64,000 bases of DNA. Source: Candidatus Uhrbacteria bacterium (GTDB lineage Bacteria > Patescibacteriota > Patescibacteriia > JACPHY01). Location: assembly GCA_016188355.1 (NCBI GenBank), contig JACPHY010000001.1, forward strand, positions 111,505 to 175,504. The letters run 5' to 3'. This document shows, piece after piece, positions 38,243-48,400 of this stretch (the stretch's first letter is position 1; each line of letters starts with the position of its first letter). The notes under the pieces were generated by a model. The model worked only from the letters and a program-made list of their open reading frames with translations. It made no database searches and had not been told where the DNA came from. A program made the translations under genes and the position numbers.

Positions 38243-38848
38243 ATGTCCAAGATGAGCGGTCAGCAGCAGGAAGTGATCATTGCCATCGCGATTGCCTCGT
38301 TTGTGCTTCTGGGAGCGGCCGCATTTTCTGCGGAGGAGTCGGTGCCCGCGACGGGAGACTGCGCGTCCGGAGATCGTTCGGTGGCTGCGAACCATGCACG
38401 GTGTCGTGCGCATTCGGAACGAGCACGCGCGGCACCGAAATCCGAGTCGTCCACGCGCCGATCGCCTCTGCGGGCGACGAGCAAGCTCCTCTTGCCGTGT
38501 GCGCGCCCGATCGGCATCACCGGTTTTTTCCGGGGACGTGGCGGGAAACATGACGGCATCGATATTAATGCGGCTGCCGGTACGCCGGTACTCGCTTCCG
38601 AGGCGGGCATGGTACGATCGGCCGAATGGAACGGCGGGTACGGAAAAGATGTGGTCATCGATCACCCGAATGGCCTCCGGACTCGGTACGCCCATAACTC
38701 GGTCCTCCTCGTGACGCGCGGACAGCGGGTACGTCGTGGTCAGCGGATCGCGCTCGTGGGTGCAACCGGCCACGCAACCGGTCCACACATCCACTACGAG
38801 GTTTTTCTGCACGGCACGCGGGTCAATCCGTTCCTGTACCTCCAGTGA
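38243..38848 (+). CDS. M23 family peptidoglycan metallopeptidase
   Basis: HDGIDI, GYG, TRYAH, TGPHIHYEV, VNP. Confidence 0.92.
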   Translation: MSKMSGQQQEVIIAIAIASFVLLGAAAFSAEESVPATGDCASGDRSVAANHARCRAHSERARAAPKSESSTRRSPLRATSKLLLPCARPIGITGFFRGRGGKHDGIDINAAAGTPVLASEAGMVRSAEWNGGYGKDVVIDHPNGLRTRYAHNSVLLVTRGQRVRRGQRIALVGATGHATGPHIHYEVFLHGTRVNPFLYLQ

Positions 38849-38983
38849 GTGGGGTGTGGGTGCGACGGTGGAACGCCTCGAGGTGATCGAGGCGTTCTTT
38901 TTTTTGTGTATCCATTGACAGCGCATGGGAGGCGCGGTACGGTCGCATTCCGTTCGTTCGTTCACAAGAAGGGAGTGGCCCAC

Positions 38984-39184
38984 ATGGAGCAGACGATCGG
39001 TCGCTGGGATCTGATCATCGGCGTATCCTTCATGATTTTCCTGGGCATTCTCGCATTAGCGATGGTATGGGGGGGATACCGATACCCCGTATGCCCGCAG
39101 TGCGGCACGAACACGCACGTACGACGCAACGGCGGACGACCCACCTGTACCATTCATGGCGACGTGCCCCGACCGCGGTCGTAG
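38984..39184 (+). CDS. Small membrane protein with Zn-ribbon (CPQC...CTIH)
   Basis: SD AAGGGAG, TM helix, CxxC and CxxH. Confidence 0.6.
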   Translation: MEQTIGRWDLIIGVSFMIFLGILALAMVWGGYRYPVCPQCGTNTHVRRNGGRPTCTIHGDVPRPRS

Positions 39185-39200
39185 GGCAGGGAGGGCAAGC

Positions 39201-40379
39201 ATGCCGAAATATCCAAGCAGCACGGGAGCGGTGCTCTGCGTGCTGGTGGCGACGGGGATGGTGATTGGCGAGTGGCCTGCGGAGGCGCGTCCGACCATGT
39301 CGCTTCTGGAGCGCATGCGTACGGCACGGTCCGCGGTGGCGACGGCGACGGTGCAACCCAAATGGTGCACGGCGCGCGTACGAGTCGGAAAACGATGGCG
39401 GATGCGCGGATCCAACTGCAGTATCGCGGCGGCTGCCGTAGGCATCCCGCAGCAAGGAACGTGGATGATCGTCGCATTCCCCTGGGGAATGGATACGTTC
39501 CATGTGGATCGATTTCGGTTCGTTCGTCTCGGCCAGCGCAAGGGGATCAATACCGAATACCTCGTGCTCCGACGCACCACGAATGACACGTACGTGTCCA
39601 TGGGTGATGCGGTGCTGGCATGGAAGGTGCCCGTGCGGCAACAGAACGGCACTTGGATCAACGTCGTGTATACCCCGTATGCATCCGCGCTCCATCGTCC
39701 GGCGATGGTGGCGGAGGGCAGGCGCCTCTTGGGAAGCGTGATCCATGACGCGCGTTCCCAGCTCGATCGACGCAAGGTGTATTCTGTCGCCGGCGATGGT
39801 CGATGGGTGACCTCGGTCGTTCCTGCGGCAACCACGGAGACGATTGCTATCGTCGAGAAAATGGACCACTACGAATTCTCCTTGTGCCAGCAGCGTGCAC
39901 GAGCGGAAGAACGCGCGCGTTGCCTTCGGCGACTCATGGAAGTCCCCTACGTGGTGCTTGCGGCGAATGGTCCCGATGCGTACCGATATGCGTTGAGCCG
40001 TTCTCGTGCACGGGGGTTCATGCAATTCATGCCTGGGACGTGGGCGATGGTGCAGCGCGCGTATCCCGAGGCGCGTCTCCCGCCGTTCATGGAGGGCGCG
40101 TCCGATCAGACGACGGCCGCCATGGCGGCCATACTCCTCAACGATTACAACACGCAGTATCTCCAGGATGCGCACCGGCGGACACTCGGTCCTACGCCGG
40201 AATCGTTCACCCTGTACGCGGCAGCCGCATACAACGGCAACCCAAAATGGGCGATCCAGGCGATTGGTCGGTGTGGCGCGCATTGGATGGACCGGCGACG
40301 CTGCGGTATCCTCCGTTCAGAAACCGCGGTGTACATGGAAAAGGTACGCGTCGTCTGGCCGAAGATTTCGACGATCTAA
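39201..40379 (+). CDS. Lytic transglycosylase (SLT-domain) protein
   Basis: Signal peptide, AIVE (candidate catalytic Glu), SRSRARGFMQFMPGT, AAAYNG, ET..Y..KV. Confidence 0.8.
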   Translation: MPKYPSSTGAVLCVLVATGMVIGEWPAEARPTMSLLERMRTARSAVATATVQPKWCTARVRVGKRWRMRGSNCSIAAAAVGIPQQGTWMIVAFPWGMDTFHVDRFRFVRLGQRKGINTEYLVLRRTTNDTYVSMGDAVLAWKVPVRQQNGTWINVVYTPYASALHRPAMVAEGRRLLGSVIHDARSQLDRRKVYSVAGDGRWVTSVVPAATTETIAIVEKMDHYEFSLCQQRARAEERARCLRRLMEVPYVVLAANGPDAYRYALSRSRARGFMQFMPGTWAMVQRAYPEARLPPFMEGASDQTTAAMAAILLNDYNTQYLQDAHRRTLGPTPESFTLYAAAAYNGNPKWAIQAIGRCGAHWMDRRRCGILRSETAVYMEKVRVVWPKISTI

Positions 40380-40445
40380 TGCTCCACGAGCAGCCGCATG
40401 GCTGCTCGTTTTCCTTGTTGGTGTTGTGATACGCTACGGATATCT

Positions 40446-40958
40446 ATGGGGTTCGATATCCTCCTGCTGATCACGATCATCATCATCGGAACGCTCGCGT
40501 GGGGTGGGATCCGCGGTGCGCCATGGGTTCCGACGCACCGCAAGGATGAGTCGCGCATCGTGGCGCTCGCCCGTCCACCGGCGGGTGCTCGTGTGGCGGA
40601 TCTCGGGTGCGGTACCGGCGGCGTGCTCGCGGCATTCGCGCGTGCGGGATGTCGGGTCACCGGGTGGGAGCTCGCGTTGGTGCCGTGGTGCATTGCCTGG
40701 TTGCGGCTTCGTCGGTTCACCGGCAGTCACGTGCGGCTCGGAGATTTTTGGGGCAAATCATTGAGCGAATTCGATGTGGTGTACCTTTTTTTGTTCCCCC
40801 GAGCGTATGCGCGGTTAGCGGAGCAGCTCCGCAGGGAGCTGCGGCCGGGTGCGCGGGTGCTCGCGTCCGCATGGCCGCTCCCCGGATGGGATCCGGAATG
40901 CGTGGATCGGGCTCCAGGGCGCATCCCCATTTACGTGTATCGCGTGCCGCGCGTATGA
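40446..40958 (+). CDS. Class I SAM-dependent methyltransferase
   Basis: GAPWVPT, DLGCGTG, DVVYLFL, ELRPGARV. Confidence 0.88.
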   Translation: MGFDILLLITIIIIGTLAWGGIRGAPWVPTHRKDESRIVALARPPAGARVADLGCGTGGVLAAFARAGCRVTGWELALVPWCIAWLRLRRFTGSHVRLGDFWGKSLSEFDVVYLFLFPRAYARLAEQLRRELRPGARVLASAWPLPGWDPECVDRAPGRIPIYVYRVPRV

Positions 40959-42712
40959 CGAACGCCGAAATTGCACTTGCGTTGCGTTCGATTGCCGAGC
41001 TCCTGGCGATTCGTGGGGAGAATCCGTTTCGCATTCGCGCGTATGAGCGTGCCGCCATGTTCCTCGAGGGATTCCCGCAGGATCTTGAGGATGTGTACCA
41101 TGCCGGTGGCACGAACGCACTTGCGGAGCTTCCCGGGATCGGGAAAGATCTCGCTGAAAAAATTGGAGAGTTGGTGGACACCGGAAAGCTGCAGTTCCTC
41201 CGCGATCTCGAGCAGCGCGTCCCGAAGGGACTGCGGGCAGTTATGGCGGTGGAAGGGATGGGACCGAAGCGAACGCAGTTCGTTTGGGAGGAGTTTCAGG
41301 TGCGGAATCTCCGTGATCTCGAACGGCTTGTGCGTTCGGGAAGGCTCAGTCGGGTGCGCGGATGGGGCACGCAGAGCGTGCAGAATATTGCCCGCGCCAT
41401 CGAGACGCACCGTGCGTTCGGGAAGCGCCTACCGATTGGGAAGGCGCGTCCGATCGCAGAGGCGCTTCTCCGTCATCTCGAGCGCTCGCAGCTCTGTGAC
41501 ACGGTGACTATTGCGGGGAGTCTCCGACGATGGAAGGAAACCATTGGAGATATCGATCTCCTCGCGACGAGTGCGCATCCGGAACGGGTCATGGAATTCT
41601 TCTGTGGGCTGCCGTTCGTCGCACGGGTCATCGCGCGGGGGCCGACGAAGGCGAACGTGCTCCTCCGTGTGGGTATCGAAGCGGATCTCCGCGTCGTGGA
41701 TCCCGACGTGTTCGGTGCGGCGCTCCACTACTTCACCGGATCAAAGGCGCATAACATCCACGTGCGGACGATTGCTGTCGCGAAAGGGTTGACGATTTCG
41801 GAGTATGGAGTGTTCCGCGGGACGAAAGCGCACAAAGGAAAACGAATCGCCTGTCGCACGGAGGAGGACGTCTTTCGAACGGTCGGACTTCCGTACATTC
41901 CCCCCGAGCTGCGCGAGGACATCGGAGAAGTGGAATTGGCGGAGCAGCATCGACTGCCCGCGCTCCTTGAGGCTGCGGATCTCCACGGCGACCTCCACCT
42001 GCATTCCGATTTTTCCGATGGGAGTGGTTCCATGGAGGAAATGATCGCGGCCGCAAAACGCGCCGGACGATCATATATCGCACTCACGGACCATGCATCC
42101 GTGATGGGCATGGTGCGCGGCCTCAAAACGCGATCTCCGCAGCAGCGGGGGAATGTGGCAGCGTACGTGAGGCGCGTTCGCGCTGCCGCAGCAAAGGTGT
42201 CCGGTATTCAGGTGCTCGTCGGAGCGGAGGTAGATATTCTGCCCGATGGGAGGCTGTATTTGAGCGATGCGGAGCTCCGGCAGTTGGATTGGGTGATCGG
42301 GTCCGTGCATCAGTCGTTCAAACAGACGCCAGCGCAGGCAACGCAGCGTTTGCTGCGGGCAATGGACCACCCCGCACTGCGCTGTATCGGTCATCCATCC
42401 ACACGGCTCATCGGCGGACGCGGCGAATTGGCGCTCGATTGGGATGCGGTATTTCGTCGAGCGGCAGAGCGGGATATTGCATTGGAGTTGAATGCGTCCT
42501 GGGTGCGACTCGACCTGGATGACGTGCGGTGTCGGCGGGCGCAATCAATGGGGGTGCGGGTGTGCGTGAATTCCGATGCGCATCATCCGCAAGAATTTGA
42601 TGTGACGTACGGAGTGCATCAGGCGAGGCGCGGGTGGCTTACCCGTGCGGATGTATTGAATGCGCTGCCGTGGTCCAAATTGCAACAATGGCTTCGTCGT
42701 GGTCGCGCATGA
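40955..42712 (+). CDS. polX: DNA polymerase X / PHP exonuclease
   Basis: NPFRIRAY, LPGIG, AGSLRRWKETIGDIDLL, FTGSKAHN, PPELRE, PHP motifs DLHLHS, TDH, NSDAH. Confidence 0.95.
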   Translation: MTNAEIALALRSIAELLAIRGENPFRIRAYERAAMFLEGFPQDLEDVYHAGGTNALAELPGIGKDLAEKIGELVDTGKLQFLRDLEQRVPKGLRAVMAVEGMGPKRTQFVWEEFQVRNLRDLERLVRSGRLSRVRGWGTQSVQNIARAIETHRAFGKRLPIGKARPIAEALLRHLERSQLCDTVTIAGSLRRWKETIGDIDLLATSAHPERVMEFFCGLPFVARVIARGPTKANVLLRVGIEADLRVVDPDVFGAALHYFTGSKAHNIHVRTIAVAKGLTISEYGVFRGTKAHKGKRIACRTEEDVFRTVGLPYIPPELREDIGEVELAEQHRLPALLEAADLHGDLHLHSDFSDGSGSMEEMIAAAKRAGRSYIALTDHASVMGMVRGLKTRSPQQRGNVAAYVRRVRAAAAKVSGIQVLVGAEVDILPDGRLYLSDAELRQLDWVIGSVHQSFKQTPAQATQRLLRAMDHPALRCIGHPSTRLIGGRGELALDWDAVFRRAAERDIALELNASWVRLDLDDVRCRRAQSMGVRVCVNSDAHHPQEFDVTYGVHQARRGWLTRADVLNALPWSKLQQWLRRGRA

Positions 42713-42773
42713 CGCATGCTCCACTCGTTCGGATCATGCGTTCCTCGTGGACCCCATCCGAACCCGAGCGCAG

Positions 42774-42944
42774 CCCCACTTCGCGCCCCACGCCATCAAA
42801 CTCTGCGGGGTAGGCAGCGCTTCGCGGGGCAAGCGATCTGGTTGGAGGGAGGGGGGATGGGGTGGGAGAGAAACCGGCTTGCCCCGCGGAGCTTCGTTGA
42901 GGAGTGAAGTGGGGCCTGCCCCGCGAAGCCTTGGCGAAGTGGGG
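42774..42944. repeat. Cluster of three REP-like palindromic repeats
   Basis: Core C[CT]TGCCCCGCG[AG]AGC-variable-G[CT]GAAGTGGGG at 42878-42914 and 42915-42944, plus an inverted copy at 42774-42833. Confidence 0.75.
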
Positions 42945-43057
42945 GAGGTTTCCCCACGATCCGATGAGTGCACGGCGGCCGCGAATGACGTACGCTGCAG
43001 ATGACCCTTCTGTGCAATAATGCTTCATGAGCACTTCGTGCAACTTTTGATGCTGGT

Positions 43058-43537
43058 ATGCCGTATGAACGTTCTGTAGGGGCGATTGTGTTCCGTCGCG
43101 GGGAGCCGCCGGAGCAGGAGTTGCATTTTTTGTTGTTGCGATACCCGGGTGGGTATTGGGAGTTCCCGCGTGGGCATGTGGAGGTGGGGGAGCGGGAACA
43201 CACGACAGCGATTCGGGAGATTCAGGAAGAAACAGGCATTACGGATTTGAAATTCTTGCGCGGTTTTCGGGAGCGGTATCGGTTCCATTTTCGTCGTGAA
43301 GGTCAGTCGGTGACCAAGGACGCCATTATCTATCTTGCGGAATCTCCCACGTGGTCAGTGGTGACTTCGGAAGAGCATTTTGGATACGTCTGGGTCTCCT
43401 ATGACGATGCCCTCACGCATCTCAAGTTCGATAACAGCAAGGCCATCATGCGCGCGGCGCACGCGTTTTTTGCGCGTCGTCGTCGCGGCGGTGGTCGCCC
43501 GCGTACCTCGGATGCTGCACGAAAGAGCGCGGCGTAG
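43058..43537 (+). CDS. NUDIX hydrolase (Ap4A hydrolase-like)
   Basis: SVGAIVFR, WEFPRGHVE.GE...AIREIQEETGI, SEEH..Y.W. Confidence 0.9.
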   Translation: MPYERSVGAIVFRRGEPPEQELHFLLLRYPGGYWEFPRGHVEVGEREHTTAIREIQEETGITDLKFLRGFRERYRFHFRREGQSVTKDAIIYLAESPTWSVVTSEEHFGYVWVSYDDALTHLKFDNSKAIMRAAHAFFARRRRGGGRPRTSDAARKSAA

Positions 43538-43538
43538 G

Positions 43539-44318
43539 ATGCATGCGGCGTGGGGAGGCATCGTGCTCTGCATGGGCCTTCTGTGGTTGCCGTTTCCCGC
43601 GCACGCGGTGATCGGGTTACCAGATGACGATGATGATGGTATCCCGGATGCATGGGAAGAAATTTTGGGAACATCTCCACAGGTACGCGATACGGATGCG
43701 GATGGACAGCCGGATGGCGTGGAGCTGCGTCAGGGATATGATCCCACACAGCCAAAGCCCGCGCGTCTTTCCGACGCGCAGCGTGCGCGAGATTCGGATG
43801 GGGACGGCTTGGCCGATGTGCAAGAATTTGTCTGGGAATTGAGTCCGCTCGATGCGGATAGCGATGGCGACGGGTACTCCGACGGCGTGGAGATCCGCAA
43901 TGCGCACGATCCGCGGAATCCCGTACCCGTGCCACTCGTGAAGCGGATTGAGGTGCATCGTCGTTCCCAGCAGCTCACGTACGCAGTGGGTCCGTACTTG
44001 TTGGGCACGATGCGGGTATCCACGGGGAAGCCACGAACGCCCACGCCCACAGGAACCTTTCGTATAGCGAGTAAGTCGCCGCGGGCGTGGTCGAGTCTCG
44101 CCCATCTTTGGATGCCCTGGTGGATGAACTTCACGGGATCCGGAGCCTCACCCGGACGTTTTGGCATCCATGAACTTCCGGAATGGCCCAATGGAAAAAA
44201 AGAAGGGGAGAATCACCTCGGCCGACCGGTATCGGGGGGTTGTGTACGTGTGGGGAGGGTGGAGGCAAAAAAGCTCTACGATTGGGCAGATATCGGAACG
44301 GAGATTGTGATTCGGTAG
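43539..44318 (+). CDS. L,D-transpeptidase with DxDGDG Ca-binding repeats
   Basis: Signal peptide, repeated D.D.DG..D..E, VSTG...TPTGTF, GIHE, SGGCVR. Confidence 0.88.
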   Translation: MHAAWGGIVLCMGLLWLPFPAHAVIGLPDDDDDGIPDAWEEILGTSPQVRDTDADGQPDGVELRQGYDPTQPKPARLSDAQRARDSDGDGLADVQEFVWELSPLDADSDGDGYSDGVEIRNAHDPRNPVPVPLVKRIEVHRRSQQLTYAVGPYLLGTMRVSTGKPRTPTPTGTFRIASKSPRAWSSLAHLWMPWWMNFTGSGASPGRFGIHELPEWPNGKKEGENHLGRPVSGGCVRVGRVEAKKLYDWADIGTEIVIR

Positions 44319-44484
44319 GCGCTGCTGGCGTGTCCAGGATTCGCTTCGCTGCGAGTGTCTCTATGTGCAACCCTATCGAGGGTTGACATTTTTTGTTTTT
44401 TGTGGCACAAATTTCGTTGTCGTCGCGTGGTGACCAAAAGCCGCGCGGAATGACCAAAGAACCGAACAACGAAGGAGATCGACC

Positions 44485-45237
44485 ATGATCGACCAGAAGA
44501 AGACCGTTCGTGCTGCGTTCGCCAACGTGCAGCTCCGTGATATCCTCAACGCGCACTGCGAGGCCTGCTGGGCGGAGGGCTGGAAAAAGGGAAAGACCGC
44601 GGCGCTCGACAATCCCAACAACCCGTTCGTCGGCGGTCCGCAGGACCTGCTCGTGAAGGGCATCGCGGAGGTCACGAAGCCCGACGGCAGCATGGTCACG
44701 ATCACGAAGCTCACGCGCCTCCGCCTGCGGGAGCTCGACGATGTGAGTCTCGCCATGATCGGCACCGCGATGGGCAAGAATCTCGTCGGCATCCGCAGGA
44801 CCGCGGCGGACAACCCGGACGAGAACGCGCGGAACAAGATACTCGGCTCCGACGTCGTGCATCAAGAGTATGTGGACACGTTCGGTGAGAACGTGGACAA
44901 CGACTACAAGCACTTTCTGAACAACGCCGTCGCCGCAGCCGCCGTGCTCGAGTGCGCGGTGAGCTTCGTCGGCAAGGACCTGACCATCGACGAGCTCGCG
45001 GACGCGATCGAGGCGACGCTCCGGGGTGAGCGTCCGGACCTCGCGCTCCTCTTCTCGCTCGCGTCCCGCTCCTCGTGGATCGGCCGCGCGGTGCAGGATC
45101 AGAGCTGGAAGAACTCCGGCGATTTCGCCTTCTACTTCGGTCTCACCAAGGACGTCGCCGCCATCGACGCGTACGTCGCCGGCCCGGTCCTCGAGCGATT
45201 CGCGCAGGAATTGCGCAGCGGAAAGTACAACAGCTAG
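44485..45237 (+). CDS. Hypothetical protein, strongly biased codon usage
   Basis: GAAGGAG SD, TTGACA upstream (44383), C/G-ending codon bias like rpoD. Confidence 0.8.
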   Translation: MIDQKKTVRAAFANVQLRDILNAHCEACWAEGWKKGKTAALDNPNNPFVGGPQDLLVKGIAEVTKPDGSMVTITKLTRLRLRELDDVSLAMIGTAMGKNLVGIRRTAADNPDENARNKILGSDVVHQEYVDTFGENVDNDYKHFLNNAVAAAAVLECAVSFVGKDLTIDELADAIEATLRGERPDLALLFSLASRSSWIGRAVQDQSWKNSGDFAFYFGLTKDVAAIDAYVAGPVLERFAQELRSGKYNS

Positions 45238-45250
45238 CTCCCCATCGTCT

Positions 45251-45372
45251 CCGGACGGTGGTGGGCACGGGAACCTGACTGGACTCGCTTCCAGGAGGGA
45301 ACCCACGGGATATGGATGAGCGCATCGCGCTCGATCTGTATGCCCACCGCCGTTCGGGACCACCGAACGGCG
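45251..45372. ncRNA. Candidate structured RNA (three-way junction with competing hairpin)
   Basis: 17-bp stem 45251-45267/45341-45357 enclosing two hairpins. Alternative 10-bp hairpin 45348-45372. Confidence 0.4.
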
Positions 45373-45373
45373 C

Positions 45374-45405
45374 GAGGGAGCCGCCCATACGTGGGCGGCT
45401 CTTTC
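45374..45405. terminator. Terminator between convergent genes
   Basis: GAGGGAGCCGCCCA / TGGGCGGCTCTTTC. Confidence 0.7.
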
Positions 45406-48400
45406 ATATTGGCGTGGCGATGGGATGCTGTTTCGTGAGATATTCGTCTAGCTCCTGCGCGAGGGTGGCGGTGGTCGTGATACGGACACGCGCGCGACGG
45501 TCGCGCAGCGTTCGGAGGAATAGTCGGACGAGGCGACGGTATTCCTCGTAATCTGCGGTTTCTCCAGGTATGGAGCAACCGAAGTCCTTCTTCTGGAACT
45601 CTGCGAGGACATCGGGAGTAACGACGGCAGACATGCAATCAAGAAGGTATCGCGTGCAGGTATTCGGATCATCCTCCAGGGGCACCTGATCCAACGACTC
45701 GACGATCGGTGCAATACACTCGGCGAAGCGGCCGGTATTGCGAACGAGCATGCAGTCGAATCCGTGTTCGAGCGATGCGATGGCTTCCGCGACGGTCCAA
45801 AAACCTCCGTTGCCGATGACCATGACCCGCGGTTGATCCACGCTCAGCCGTGCGTAGAGCGCTTCCATGTATCGAATGTGATGGACGTACGATGCGTTCC
45901 ATCGATCGCGGCCGCGATATTCCCAATTCGCCTCAAATGGAGTGAGGATTGCATCTACGGGGGTGATCGCGAACACCTCGTCTTGGTTTTTTGCCGCGTT
46001 GGTCCATGATTCATTGCCGGGAACATAGGTACTCATGCCCGGGGAGATGGCAAACAGGTGCGCACGTTCGCGTTTGGGGAGGTGACCACACGTACGTTGG
46101 TATTCGACGTTCGCGTGCCCAAAGGTGACTCCCATGCCCGATTGAGTGCCGGGGACGCTCACATTCGCGCGGTGGGCATGGGCGACGGTGAGGACGGCGT
46201 CGGCAAATTGGGAGAGCGGATTTGTGGTGGAGTGGGACATATCTCCAACTGCGCGACAGCCCCCCATGATATTGATGAGTGGGCGGGTGCGATCGAGGCG
46301 CAGGCGTTCCAGGATGGATTCTTCCATGTGGAAAGGAATCGTGCCGGAGGGATCTTCGGTTCGGTGCGTGAGCGCGACCGTACGGATAGTGGCTGGTTTC
46401 TGGGCGAGCGCAGCGGCATAGCCCCATGCCGCATTGCAGTGCTGCGCTGCGGCCTCGAGAAAGGAAGGGCCGAAGATGACTTCATGTGGACGAACTTCCG
46501 GCAGAAAGCGCTGCTCAAAATCCATGGCGGTGGTGATGTTTCCGTAGAGGAAGCGCGCGTAGTGCTGTTGCGCCGTGCGGAGGAGCGTCAGGAGTGCTGC
46601 GGTTGCGGTGGTGCTCCATGCGTCGGCGCTGCCGGTTGTCAGTGCGTCAAATGCGCGCCGCGCGGATGCATGGTAGGAGGTGGCATTCGTCAGGAGAAAG
46701 TGGAGCGCAGTTTCGGCGTAGCTGTGGAAACGTTCTTGCCAGCGGCCGCGTCGCTGCGTATCGATCTGCTCGAGTGTGGTGACGGTATGGGTGAAGTAGC
46801 GAAAGGTGCGGAGCGCGTCCTCTAAATGTTCGTATTGATCCTGCGCAAAGAGGGGGAGCGTTTCGAGGGTGCGCCGGTGTCCCGCATCCAGATGACGATC
46901 TTCGTTGACGAGAATGCGCGCGAGCTGCCCGTCGGCGATCGCTTCTACGAATCCGTGCTGCCCATGCTGCTCGCTGGTCGTATATCGTCCCCGGAAGGCA
47001 ACGAACGTCATGGTGGGTTCTGGGGGAGGAGCGCTGAGGAACGCGCGCGCTGCCTTCGCGGCGTTGTAGTAGTTCGGATCATAGAGGAGCCGAACGCGCG
47101 AACGGTATTCCGTGTTTTGTTCGTGGAGGAGATCATGACTGGAGAATCGGTATGCTTCCCGACGCACGCGTTCTCCAGCAAGTGCGGCGCCAACGGCATC
47201 TCCGATGCGGAGTACGGCAAATGCGCCAGAGGGTCCTTGTTGGAGGAGCGCATGGAACAGGAGATCGGGAATGATGGCGTTCGTACGGACGCAGCGGGCA
47301 CTGAACGCATCGGGATTTCGGAGTGCTTCGGTGGTGAGCTGGGTGAGGGTGGGTGGTTGGTGTTCCTGCAGAGACCAGGCCGCGGCGAACGCATCGAATT
47401 GTGCAGCGGCAACGTGCACGTATGCGGCACGATTATTCTGTTGTTCATGCATGCGGACGCGAGCTTCGTGGTATGCGGCATCCGTCGGCAACCATTGATT
47501 GTGTTGAAGGGTCGCGAGGAGTTCTGCGCTCAGGAGTCCGTACGGAAGATGCGTGTGTAGATATTCCCCATCAATACGAATACCGCTCGCATCGATGGTC
47601 AAGGGAGTGTGACCCCGCCGGGTACGCAGTCCGGTGGCATCTCCGTTGCGTAGAAAATAGGCGGTGAGATGTGCGCGCTCCGTTCGTGCGTGTAGGAGGG
47701 CGGGCTCCTCCTCGAGTGCTCGGAGTGCGGCGATGGATTCGGTGATGGGTGCGGCGCCGATGGTGCGGAATCGTTTTTTGGTGAGGAGTTCCGTGGGGAG
47801 AAATCCTACGTTCGTGAGCATGCGACGGAGGAGTGTCTCGCGATCGGATGTGCCAAAGAGCGCATCGACCATATCGATCCAGCGTGCATCAGGGGGGAGG
47901 TCGATCGCCTGTGCGCACGCGCGGGCGAGTGCGGCGGGGTATGTGGCGGCGGTGACCTCCGGATGTTGGGCGGCGAATTGCAGTCGCTCATAGCAGTCGC
48001 GTGCGTCTCGTGCGGTTTCGAGGAGCTCGGGAATGGGGATGTCGGGAAATTGCTCGAGGGTGACGGGCGATGTCGTGACCGCGTGTTGCGACCAGAGGAA
48101 CAGCGCGCGCACATACGAAATCGTCTCATGGCGTGCGGTGGGGTCGATCAGGAGCGCGCGTAGCGCGCTCCCCTGGTGCCCATTGCAAAATCCAAGAATA
48201 CGCACGGCGGTCGGGAATCGTGCGCAGGTTTCTGGTGATGGGAATAGCGTGCTGTCGGGGGCGATGGGAACGCGCGGTGCGGCATCCTGCACGCGGAGTC
48301 GAAGACGATCCGCGAAGATATCCTCAAGGCGCGCGCGCAGATCATCCTCGGGCGCGTGTATTTCCGGAGTCACGGGCGCGGCGGGTGGTGATTCTGGCGG

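Noticed and set aside
44131-45363. 410-aa - strand ORF
   Set aside because: Shadow of 44485-45237, which has an SD, a promoter and strong codon bias.
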